Part shown: one piece after another, positions 1 through 11,774 of the stretch
How the letters are laid out: each line of letters opens with the position of its first letter
How positions within the stretch are numbered: position 1 is the stretch's first letter
Source of the DNA: Lepidodermella squamata
Lineage: Eukaryota > Animalia > Gastrotricha
Length of the DNA: 64,000 bases
Assembly: GCA_047495785.1 (NCBI GenBank)
Contig: JBLDXI010000013.1
Coordinates: 3,472,001-3,536,000 of the forward strand
Direction of reading: 5' to 3'
Made by a program: the position numbers and the translations under genes
Notes under the pieces: model-generated
What the model saw: only the letters and a program-made list of their open reading frames with translations
The model's database searches: none
Told to the model about the DNA's origin: nothing

Positions 1-149
1 TCTCTTCTGCATAATTATAACAATTTCGAAATCCAAATTATCATTAGGTTCGGGGCTAAGAAAAGCATTTTGGTGAAGCATTTTACGGGACAAAAAAACA
101 TACTTAAACAATTATTTTCGACAATTGTTGCCAGCATTGGGCCAGATCA

Positions 150-2532
150 TTATTTTGCCCGAAGCGGTTTTCTCGGAGATACTCCAAATACCCTGGGGGT
201 TTCGACTTGTTTAACTCGCGAATTAGGTTTAACCAGCAGGGTGCCGAACAGAGCCACAGAAGTCGTTGCAGAATAAAGCATTGTGGCATATGACATGGCT
301 ATGTAACGATTTGTAGTCGATCCGATAATGCCAACTATCATGAGTGACGCAGCAAATATTGCTGCTGCGTTGATTAATGCAACACTCAGCCACTTAAATT
401 CAGTGTTATTTTTCAGCACCGGATATGTCCGCCTTAGCGCGTATGTCAGGAAAATCGAAGGGATCAGGGGCAAATACAAGAAAGCAGCAATAGCAAAAAA
501 CCATGTCGGAGAGCTTCTAGAGAAGCAAACGTTAACTAAAGTTGTGTAGTAAGCATCATCGTCGCGATCGTAAACCGCATGTGGAGTTACGTTAACTAAA
601 AGATGTTCCATCGGATCCAAGCAGAATCTAATTATCAACGTGCTCACGACAGGAGCAACAGGTAGGCTACATCGACCGAACTGGACTAGGTTGAACTTCG
701 CTGCACGTGTGAAGGATTTGTCGGAATTTGGCTTCAAAGCCCGGATAATAAAAACTTGATTCGATAACGCCGAGTTGGCAAAAGAAAGACCGATAGCCGT
801 GAAAACATGGGAAATGTAACAAGCTGCCGTGGAAAGCGGGCTAGACTCAATCGCGAAGAAAATTGCTGAGACATTAAGAATGATGCACCCCAATAGCGCA
901 AAATACTTCATAGGAGTCCAAATCGAACTCTTCTTTGATGCAATCGGAGGTATAGCCATTAAAAGCTCGACAACCGTCAACGAAATAGCGATCGTGATGA
1001 CAGCTATGAAGTTTTCTCTTGGGACGTCATCGATCAGAGCAATTCTTGGAACCGTATCGTTAGGAGGCTTCCCATCAGCAGTTCGCCAGAGAGAGATCTC
1101 CTTCAATTTGTCAACGACGTAGTCTTTTCCATTCTCGACATCGCCTCCGACTCGACAGTGGATGTCGTAGATCAGCTGGAGGGAAGAGGTCTCCTGAGAC
1201 CAGACTGAAACATATTGCGGCTCATTGTCTAGTTCCAACCGGGATGAATATTTGGTATAACCAACTCTCAGACCGGTATATTCAACCTTCCCAGCTGTTG
1301 CATTCGCGATCTTCATAACCTGATCAGGCTTCTTACCGTAGTCTTTCAGGGTCATATTATGTTTGGCCAGATTGCTCTCAGTATCATGCAAGGTCACCAC
1401 GGCTTGAAGCATGGCGTCGTAGCACTGGTGTCGTCGGTGGAAGTCCGCATAAACTCGGTTTTCGGTGTAATTAGCAATCATTTGGTCCAACGAACCTACT
1501 GTATGGCCTAGGGTCGAGCTAACGCTGCTTTCGATTGCGAACGACAGACCGCCAAGCCACAATGTGTACTTGAACTGCTCAAGAAGTACCGATTTCGGAC
1601 ATCCGGGTATTACGGGGTCTGGCAGTTTCGTCGGATCATTGAAGGAAGATACCATGGCTAAGAATAAATACCTTGAACCTGTCATTCCAAGAACATAGGT
1701 GGAACATAAAAATTGAACGATGTTGTCAGCTGCGTTTACAAAAACGGCAATTATACGAGCGTCACTCTTACTAAGAGGCTCGAGGGTTTCATAGGTAAAC
1801 TTCTGCACTACGTCTTGATAAACAGATGTTATGCCAACGTGACGAAGTTGGTATTGAAAGTAGGTTACCATCGAGAGGTCAAGTTGAGCAACAGTCGAGA
1901 CAATTCCGATTCGCCGCCATTTACCAACTTCTCGAATGAAGTTCAAATAAGAAAAGCCGATTAATTCCCCCGGCAAGCGTGTCCTGTACAGATTATTGTA
2001 GAGCCTTCTGTTGTTTGTAAAGAAATCGGAGGAACATCCATAGCTGACACCAATCATATTTGCTTTAGCTAAATTCGCAGCAATGCCCTTGCAGCCTAAC
2101 GGGTTATGTGTAAAAGAAAACTGTATTAAGCCTCTTGTTTAAGTGCAGCCGATTACCTGGACTACCCCGTGGACCAACTGTAACAACCGACTGATACATC
2201 TGCCTTGAAATATTGGTGAAAACCGTGCCACTCTCAAACTTTTGGGAGAATGCAAATAGTCGTCGAACTGCCATAACACCTTCATTGCGGTCTTCATCTT
2301 GGAAATCGATGGCGATTTCGTAGTTAGGCAGGATGTCTCTTCTTGAATTGACCGTGTCTGCTACGATTTGCATCGCCGTTCGGCAAATCATTGCATCACC
2401 AGGTTTGGATTCCATGAATGGAATCTGAACTAAGACTAGCAGCGCGTCGTTCTTACTTGCGACACTTAGCTGTGCTAGCATGGTGAAAATTGCAAATCTC
2501 AGCCGGAAAGTTGAACCTACCACTATGGACAT
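150..2532 (-). CDS. GABA-B-like class C GPCR, paralog 1 (signal peptide, Venus flytrap domain, 7TM, no Cys-rich domain); 2 exons
   Basis: ORFs 2104-2532 and 150-2057 join in frame through a 61-bp GT-AG intron (2096-2156), giving ...VGPRGSPG|CKGIAANLAKANMIGVSYGCSS. Motifs VNSRRDILPNYEI, SYGCSS, YRTR, CYDA, W-x-TADGKPPND, then 7 hydrophobic segments with CL-DP after TM4. Confidence 0.88.
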
Positions 2533-2585
2533 ATCAGCTTGTAATATACATGATGAACGAACATTACACAGTTAGACACAACTTC

Positions 2586-2673
2586 ATCTCAATTTATGTA
2601 CGAAAAATTGAGTGGGCTTAGTCGACAGCTAATTAAAGTCCCATGGCTCGTAACCAAATCAACAACGCGTGTT
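2586..2673 (-). promoter_or_regulatory. Conserved upstream block shared by the four GPCR paralogs (also ~5884-5970, ~10639-10714, ~30460-30552)
   Basis: On + strand: CTCAATTTAT (TATA-like ATAAATT on -), GAGTGGGCT, a TAATT/CAATT core, CATGGCTCGTAACCAAATC and ACGCGTGTT-like words. These recur at similar spacing just upstream of each start codon (most degenerate in paralog 2) while adjacent DNA diverges. Confidence 0.6.
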
Positions 2674-3633
2674 ACGGAGGCATCCCAGAACTCCTTAATT
2701 ATATAGAAAACCTCAGCAAGACGTGATCTTAATCCAAAGGCTTACTTTCATCACTGTTGCCTGTGTAGACCATTCGATGATGCCTAATTACGCGAAAACG
2801 AAGTGCGTGCGAGCTTGATCTTGAAATAGTGGACATCCGTTTGATATTAAATTCGAGCCAAAATTCGGCTTTCACGTTTTGCAGATGTAGAGGTTGCTTC
2901 TACCCCACTGTACCTGCCACATTTCTGACCACTGATAATCCTGGCACTTCACAATGTCAGCTTTCGCCACTATATTTTGTCCCTTTCATTCTCAGGACTT
3001 CTTTCGTCTCTAAACGGCCCGTGTCCGGTTGTTGAAACCGGAATCGATGAAGAAACCATGAGAACAAACGAATGGAATTAGCCGGGACATTTTTAATTTT
3101 CTAATGTTTTCAGGATTAGACCTGAAATCAGAGCTTTTGCGATGCTTTTATTTTCGCGAAAAGTATCTCACTAGGTAGCGTTCCGGCATAACTTATAACT
3201 CTCCAGTTGACGGTGTTTGTCGTTAAGCCTTAGACCACAGACCGCGATATATAAAACATCGATTAATTCTGTATTCATTGCCATGAATATTTTTCCTGAT
3301 CACTTTCCAGCAACTTTTTACTCTTTTCTGCGTAATTATAACAAATGCGAAATCCATCGTATTATCAATAGGTCTGGAGTTTGAAGTAACATCGGAGATC
3401 GCGATCCTGCTGCGAGAGAGGCAGCTCGAAAAGACTGTTCTAATCACAATATTATGAGGGGACGACAAATAATTGAATATTTCGACAATTGCTGCCAGCA
3501 ATGGGCCTTATCTTTTTGTCTGAAACCGCTTTTCCGGCACTCCGAAATCCTGAGCGTTTGAACTTGTTCGGGACAACAAATAAACATGTTTAGACAATTA
3601 TTTTTCCACAATTGTTGCCAGCATTGGGCGAGA

Positions 3634-5826
3634 TCATATTCCTTGAAGCGGTTTTCTCGGAACTGGAGATAGTCCAAATATCCTGGGCGTTTGAGCCTGT
3701 TCAACCCGCGGGTTAGGTATAACCAGGTTGCCGAACAGAGCCACAAAAGTCGTAGCAGAATAAAGCAATGTGATATATGAGATGGCTATGTAACGATTCG
3801 TAGTCGAACCGATAATGCCAATTATCATGAGTGACGCAGCAAATATTGCTCCTGCGTTGATTAATGCAACACTCAGCCACTTAAACTCAGTGTTATTTTT
3901 CAGCACCGGAAAGGTCCGCCTTAGCGCGTATGTCAGCAAAATCGAAGGGATCAGGGGCAAATACAGGAAAGCAGCGGCAACGAAGAACCATGTCGAAGAA
4001 CTCCGGGAGAAGCAAACGTTATCCAGAGTTGTGTAGTACGCATCGTCGTCACGATCGTAAACCGCGTGTGGAGTCACATTGACTAAACGATGTTCCATTG
4101 GATCCAAACAGAACCAAACTACCAATGTGATCACCACAGGAATAACAGGTAAGCAACATCGACCGAATTGACCTAGATTGAATTTCACTGCACGAACGAA
4201 GGAGTAATCGCAGCTTGGCTTCAAAGCGCGAATAATGAGAAGTTGATTCGAAAACGCCGAGTTGACAAAAGAAAGGCCGATAGCCGTGAAAACATGGGAA
4301 ATGTAACAAGCTGCCGTGGAAAGCGGGCTAGACTCAATCGCGAAGAAAATTGCTGAGACATTAAGGAGGATGCATCCCAATAGCGCGAAATACTTCATGG
4401 GAGTCCAAACAGAAATATGCTTTGATACAATCGGAGGTATAGCCATTAAAAGTTCGACAATCGTCAGCAAAGCAGCGATCGTGATGACGGCTATGAAATT
4501 TTCCCTTGGAACGTCATCGATCAGAGCAATTCTTGGAACCGTATCGTTAGGAGGCTTCCCATCAGCAGTTCGCCAGAGAGAGATCTCCTTCAATTTGTCA
4601 ACGACGTAGTCTTTTCCATTCTCGACATCGCCTCCGACTCGACAGTGGATGTCGTAGATCAGCTGGAGGGATGATGTCTCTAGAGACCAGACTGAAACAT
4701 ATTGCGGCTCATTGTCTAGCTCCAGCCTGGACGAATATTTCGTATAACCAACTCTCAGGCCTGTGTACTCTATCTTCCCAGCTGTTGCATTCGCCATCTT
4801 CATAACCTGCTCAGGCATCCTGCCGAAGTCTTTCAGAGTCATGTTATTAAGCTTAGAGAGATTGTTCTCAGTATCATGCAGGGTTATGACAGCTTGGAGC
4901 ATAGCGTCGTAGCACTGATGTCGTCGATGAAAGTCCGCATAGACCCTGTTTTCGGTATAATTGGCGATCATTTGGTCCAACGATTCTACTGTATGTCCTA
5001 TAGTAGAGGTTACTTTGCTCTCAAGAGCAAAGGACAGACCGCCAAGCCACAATGTGTACTTGAACTGCTCAAGAAGTACCGATTTTGGACATCCGGGTAT
5101 TTTAGAGTCATGTCGTAGTACACAGCTGTGATGCTGAATTGACGAAGTTGGTTCTGAAAGTACGTTACCATCGAAAGGTCAAGTTGGGCAACGGTTGAGA
5201 TAATCCCGATTCTTCGCCATTTTCCGACTTCTCGAATGAAGTTCAAATAGGAGAAGCCGACCAGCTCACCAGGCAAACGGGTTCGATATAGGTTACCGTA
5301 CAGCCTTCTGTTGCCTGTGAAGAAATCGGAGGAACATCCGTAGCTGATTTCGACCATATTCGCTCTTGCCACAGTTGCAGCATTGCCTTTGCAGCCTAAC
5401 AGATCATTGGGGAAACGACAACGTATTACGTTTAGTATTTATGAGCAACAAACCTGGACTACCCCGTGGACCAACTGACACAACTGACTGATACACTTGC
5501 CGCGAAATATTTGACGATGGGAAAATAGCTTCATTCTCGAACTTCTGTGAGTATTCAAAAAGTCGGCGAACGGCCATGTAACCTTCATTGCGGTCTTCAT
5601 CTTGGAAATCGATGGCGATTTCGTAGTTAGGCAGGATGTCTCTTCTTGAATTGACCGTGTCTGCTACGATTTGCATCGCCGTTCGGCAAATCATTGCATC
5701 ACCGGGTTTTGACTCCATGAATGGAATCTGGACTAAGACTAACAACTTTTCATTTTTCAATGCTACTAGTTGCTGAGTCAATAAGATAAGGGTCAGAAGT
5801 CTTGCCAATGGCATTCTTTTAAGCAT
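3634..5826 (-). pseudogene. GABA-B-like class C GPCR, paralog 2, frameshifted by an internal deletion
   Basis: Same exon structure (intron 5396-5453). At ~5100-5108 the sequence jumps from YYDM to PGCPKS: paralog 4 has 197 nt here and this copy has 7 nt. The net 190-nt loss is not a multiple of 3 and splits the ORF (5010-5372 / 3634-5052). Confidence 0.85.
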
Positions 5827-6399
5827 TTTCGGATAGACTTTCAAAGGTCAATATGCGAATAATGGAAAACATGGAAATCTTTGCAATTTATATTGGAGTT
5901 ATGAGTAGGATCATTATTTTACAGGTAATTAAATTCAATATGGCTTAGAACCAACTAAATGCCGTGTTTCGGGGGCGGTCGCAAGCTTCACCCCGAATCC
6001 TTAAAACGCACGTATTCATTAGTAGAAGAAACTTTTCTAACCTAATTTTCTGCGATACATAATATACATAACATTTTTTTGAAGTTCGGATCACCACGAC
6101 TGCTTTGGAAATAATTGTTCGTTGGACATTGGACACATTGGAGAATCACTTGGTTTTGAATTTCCACTGCTTAGCGTGTGAAGGAAGGTTAGTCCGCATG
6201 TTGGCTTGATATGAAACATGTTTTGTCGTTGGCAGTTGGTGTCATGGTGTATGACAAGCAATATATGCAAATTTTGTTCTCTTCGTCTCGATGGCGTTGA
6301 TTATGGTATATCAATATATGCATCCGCTTACCTCCTAAATTCAAAGATTTATTGTTCATTGATATCATATGAATAGGGGAGACGAAATAATTGAAATAT

Positions 6400-6930
6400 A
6401 TCAATGACGCGGGGTCGCAAGGTTATATGCGCTTGCCGGCGGCAGTGCGCTGTTGACACCACTGGGCGGGGTGATGGATTATTTATCGAAGGCAGACAGA
6501 CATTTAAGCACAGCGAGGGAGAAGGGGAGGAAGAAGAAGGGTATAGAGGAGAAGAGAGGCGGCAAGATCAGACATCGAAAGTGGGCAAAGGACCCCGAGG
6601 AAGCCTGCTGGCGATCAAGGCCAGCGGGGAACGGGGCACCGGGTTCGCAGAGAGGCGGAGTCGCTCAATTTCTTCTCTAAGAGGGAGGACGAACCAGACT
6701 GCATTCGCAGCACAACGGCGCTGGGTCTGCTCGAAGAAGGCAGGCAGGCTCTTCACGCCACAGCGGCGTTCCAGCTCCGAGACACGGACCCGGTCATCGC
6801 GGCGGATGTTTAGCAGGCTGCCCAGACAGTCGTTCTGCAACACATCAAGCCGCTTCAGCTGCCTCTTGGGCGCGGTACATAACACGACGTTGCCAATGAC
6901 TTCCATGACCTTCAATGACCTCCAATGACT
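6400..6930 (-). mobile_element. 5'-truncated non-LTR retrotransposon 3' fragment (post-RT region plus 3' UTR)
   Basis: GC-rich island. ORF 6568-6975 reads GNVVLCTAPKRQLKRLDVLQNDCLGSLLNIRRDDRVRVSELERRCGVKSL, resembling the YG..VW..A....L..L...QN..LR pattern after LINE RT domains. Confidence 0.6.
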
Positions 6931-7689
6931 TGAAGATTTAGATCGGACAACTTTCCCGTCGGACACCGTACACACTCAAAGTCCAAGTCCGAGTCCGAGT
7001 TATTCAACGAAGCTTTCGGTTATCACTATTGTTCTGGCTGGATTGCTTAGGTGCTGAATAAGAACTGCTTATTAGTGCTGGATTTTTCTCAACATAGAAA
7101 ATTTGTCGAGCACCTGGTCATCCGCATCAGTGTTGATCAAACAAGCATGACACCTTAGATATGGTTTTAAATGGCAGCTTTTGGGGCACTAGCGCTCTAA
7201 AAACTGCCAGCGGGATAAAACACGATCTAAGGCGTTCTCCTGATCAGCAAGACAGTTTTTTAATACAGCGATTTTTTCGGACGTGTCCGAAAAACAGCTC
7301 TTTCAAAATGATACCTGGCCTGCGTTTTATATCAAACAATCGAACTTTGCCCTCTGCTTTATAAACTAGCCTGCCCTTCACATTATGTAGGTCTGCCATC
7401 TGTATAATAGGTCTGCAATCAAGTAATAAGGCGATTTAATATTTAAGGAAATAATTTGAAGTATTGTCTAAGTCGAAACTGCAGCAGAAGACACTACGGC
7501 TTTTCAAAAGGCTCGACAGTTTCGAAGCACAAGAATCACGTGCTTTGCCGATGTCCGACAAAACTTACTGCAAGAAACGAGTCAAGTATATTTTTCCTGT
7601 ACTCGATTGTTGGATCAGTAGAATGCCTATTGTTTTCATGCATGTTAAGTACAAAATTTCGGTGACACATTATATTTCACGATTATTAT

Positions 7690-8076
7690 CAGGGTTGCAC
7701 TTGTATAAACAGACTGTTTAAACACACGTGTTTAAACACATGTTTAAACAGTATAAAGTCCAAGGAGTTTATACATATGTATAAAGTCACTACCAATTAA
7801 TGCTATGATTTCCATAAAATCAGGCTTTCGGTGCCTTAGCTTCGAAGAATTTCTGGCTTTTCACGCAAAAACAATTTTTTTTCGCCTCATTTCGGTCAAG
7901 TTTGACCAAGTCTGATGTTTTTATACTGCGAAATGATGCTTTTTGATAGAAATGACATGATTTATGGCTTGATTCCTTAGTATTCTTGACTAAAATCGAT
8001 GTTTTCGCCCAGAGCTGTATAAAGTCATGTTTAAACATGTAGAAAGTAGAGGCGATCTGTATTTAGTGCAACCCTG
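7690..8076. mobile_element. hAT-type MITE
   Basis: TIR CAGGGTTGCACT / AGTGCAACCCTG; perfect 8-bp TSD ATTATTAT (7682-7689, 8077-8084). Confidence 0.9.
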
Positions 8077-8201
8077 ATTATTATGAATCGGACAATATGT
8101 ATGGCGTATTTTCCTGTACTGAAAAGACCACACCAAGTATAAAATATTTGGGAAATTATTCCGAATTCTTCACAACTTGTTGCCATCAGCATTTGGTCAG
8201 G

Positions 8202-10581
8202 TTAATTTACCTCCAGCGGTTTTTTCGACGCTGGAGATACTACTACTACATTGGGAATTTGAACTTGTTCACCACGCAAATTAGCCTTAGCCAAGGCCCC
8301 GAATAAAACCGCACAGGTTGTTACCGAATAGAGCATGGTGACATAGGAGGCGGCTATGTAACGATTTGTTGTCGAATCGATAATGCCAATTATCATGATT
8401 GATGCAGCAAATATTGCTGCTGCGTTGATTAACGCAACATTCAGCCACTTGAATTCGTCGTTAATTTTCAGCACCGGATAGCTTCTTCTCAGAGCGTGTG
8501 CTAAAAATACCGAAAGTATCTGGGGCAACAAGAGAAAGGCGGCGATAACGATAAACCAAGTCGATGAATTACTTGAGTAGCAAACGTTAACCATGGTTGT
8601 GTAGTAAGCATCGCCGGCGCGATCGTATACCGCGAATGAAGTCACATTGATCAAAACGTGCTTCATCGGATCAAGGCAGAACCAAGTTATCAATGTAACA
8701 GCAACGGGCGCTACAGTTAGGCAACATCTAACGATACTGAGAGGATCAAATTTCGCTGCACGATCTAAGGATTTGTTGCTGTTAGGCTTCAAAGCTCGGA
8801 TAATAAGAAGTTGATTCAAAAACGCCGAGTTGACAAACGCAAGGCCGATAGCAGTGGAAACGTGCGAAACGTAACAAGCCACCGTCGAGAACGGGCTAGA
8901 TTCAATGGCGAAGAAAATCGCTGCGACGTTAAGGAGGATACATCCAAATAGCGTAAAATATTTCATAGGTTTCCAAGCCGAGCCCTTTTTGGCAATAATC
9001 GGAGGAATAGCCATCACAATTTCGAAAACCGTCAATGAAATAGCGATCGTGGTGACAGCTATGAAGTTTTCTCTTGGAACGTCATCGATCAATGTCATTC
9101 GCGGTACCGTATCGTTGGGAGGCTTTCCATCTGCAGTTCGCCATAGAGAGATTTCCTTCAACTTAACAACGATGTAATCTGTCCCATTCTCAACATCACC
9201 CCCGACCCGACAGTTTATATCGTAGATCAGCTGGAGGGATGATGTCTCTGGAGACCAGACTGAAACATATTGCGGCTCATTGTCTAGCTCCAGCCTGGAC
9301 GAATATTTGGTATAACCAACTCTCAGACCGGTATATTCAACCTTCCCAGCTGTTGCATTCGCGATCTTCATTACCTGATCAGGCTTTTTACCGAAGTCTT
9401 TAAGAGTCATATTATGTTTGGCCAGATTGCTCTCAGTATCATGCAGGGTTATGACAGCTTGGAGCATAGCGTCGTAGCACTGATGTCGTCGATGAAAGTC
9501 CGCATAGACCCTGTTTTCGGTATAATTGGCGATCATCTGGTCCAACGAATCTACAGTATGTCCTATAGTAGAGGTTACTTTGCTCTCAAGAGCAAAGGAC
9601 AGACCACCTAGCCACAATGTGTACTTCAACTGCTCCAGAAGTACCGATTTCGGACATCCGGGTATTACGGGGTCTGGCAGTTTCGTCGGATCATTGAAGG
9701 AAGATACCATTGCTAAGAATAAATACTTCGAACCAGTCATTCCAAGAACATAGGTGGAACATAAAAATTGAACGATGTTATCAGCTGCGTTCACAAAAAC
9801 AGCGATTATACGAGCGTCGCTGTTACTAAGAGGTTCAAGGGCTTCATAGGTAAACTTCTGCACTACGTCTTGATAAACAGACGTTATGCCGAATCGGCGA
9901 AGTTGGTTTAGAAAATAGGTTACCATCGACAGGTCGAGTTGAGCAACGGTTGAGACCATTCCGATTCGGCGCCATTTACCAACTTCGCGGATGAAAGTCA
10001 AGTATGAAAATCCGACCAGTTCCCCGGGTAAGCGAGTTCGGTATAGATTATTGTAGAGCCTTCGGTTATTCGTGAAGAAATCGGAGGAACATCCATAGCT
10101 GACACCAATCATATTTGCACTAGCCAAATTTGCAGCGTTGCCTTTGCAACCTAATCGATTATTTGGATCATCAACAATGTATTAAACTTTTCGTTTAAGA
10201 GCACATACCTGTACTACCTCGCGGACCAACTGTAACAACTGACTGATACATCTGCCTTGAAATATTTGGGGCAAAAGTAGTTCCATTCTCGAACTTTTGG
10301 GAGTAAGCAAATAGCCGACGAACTGCCATAACACCTTCATTTCGATCTTCATCCTGAAAGTCGATAACAATCTCGTAGCTTGGCAGTATATCTCTTCTAG
10401 AATTGACAGTGTCTGCTACGATTTGCATCGCCGTTCGGCAAATCATCGCATCACCAGGTTTGGATTCCAGGAATGGAATCTGAACCAAGACTAGCAACGT
10501 GTCATTTTTACTTGCGCCACTTTGTTGAGCCGCTGACAAGAGGAAAATCGCACAACCCAGCCATGTATTCAAGCTCATCAT
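8202..10581 (-). CDS. GABA-B-like class C GPCR, paralog 3; 2 exons
   Basis: ORFs 10195-10581 and 8202-10127 joined by GT-AG intron 10151-10208; collinear with paralog 1. Confidence 0.88.
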
Positions 10582-11774
10582 TTCGGATAAGAGCTTGTAA
10601 GACAGGATAAATGAACGTTACAAAGGTGGAAACAATTCCATCTCAATTTATTAACGAAGAGGAGTGGGCTTGCTTCGTCAGGTAATTGAAGATCTCATGG
10701 CTCGTAACCAAATCCTGCGACATGCTTTCATCATAATTGCTGTTGAGGATCCTCAGATGACGTCTTTACGCATATCGAAGTGAGATATTTTTAGTCGGCA
10801 ATCAGCGAGATTGATTCTTGGGTATCCAGGATAAAATAACATAGTAACAACCACCTTAATGCATGACTGGTATCGTTTTTACAGTTCCCAACTCACGCTG
10901 GTCAAAAATCTGTAAAGCGCATCTTAAAATTCGCCAGGGATCAGAAGTACTATCACCAACTGCGGTTTTTTCAAGGTCATTTATGTTTCCACATAGAAAA
11001 GTGTTATCTCCATGGTACGAGTTCGAACTGGGCATCAAAAGTGATATGTTCATCTTAAGATTTATTCAATCACGACAACATATTAGGCGTTGCCTCAAAC
11101 GAATAACAATTAGAAAATAAGAAATCGCGAGGAGGTAAGCCACGGCAGTTAGCTGGGGATATGGATACTGGATACTATCCGATACCAATGCTCATGCTAA
11201 AAAGGAAAATAGCGGAAAAATAAATGAATGCGCCAGGACTGGGATCACAACCTCCAAAAACCAAAAACAAGAAATAAAAAAATTGAAAAAGCCGCTAAAT
11301 AGTGAAATACAACAAATGTCCCTATAGCGCGATATTGATGCGTCATAGGTCGAATAGCCTATATTTTATTGAACATTTTGAAAATAAGGCTGTTTTTTCG
11401 ATTTATCTCAAAAATTAGATAGCACCCTAACATTTAAATTGAATTAAATATTGATTGGGACATTTTGTCCCACTTCATTTTTAGGACCTTTTGGTCTCCA
11501 AACGGCCGCGGTCCTTTCATCGAAACCGGAAATGTCGAAGAACCGATCTTAAAGCGAGCAGACGAAAGGAATTGTCCAAGAATTTCTATTTGTTCTAGTT
11601 TTTAGATTGATCTGATTTAGACCCCAAGTTTGATGTTTTTAACGATATTTTTTATTTTCGCGAAAAGATGATAGAGAACAGACGATCAGAACGGTTAATA
11701 TGATGTTTCAATCGGAAAAAAATAGTTTTTCATTTGCGAAATTGTTTGAGGACCTCGAATGTGTTTCAACCACT

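Noticed and set aside
328-1122. Conserved antisense ORFs repeated opposite each GPCR
   Set aside because: Shadows of the conserved sense frame with no independent protein features.
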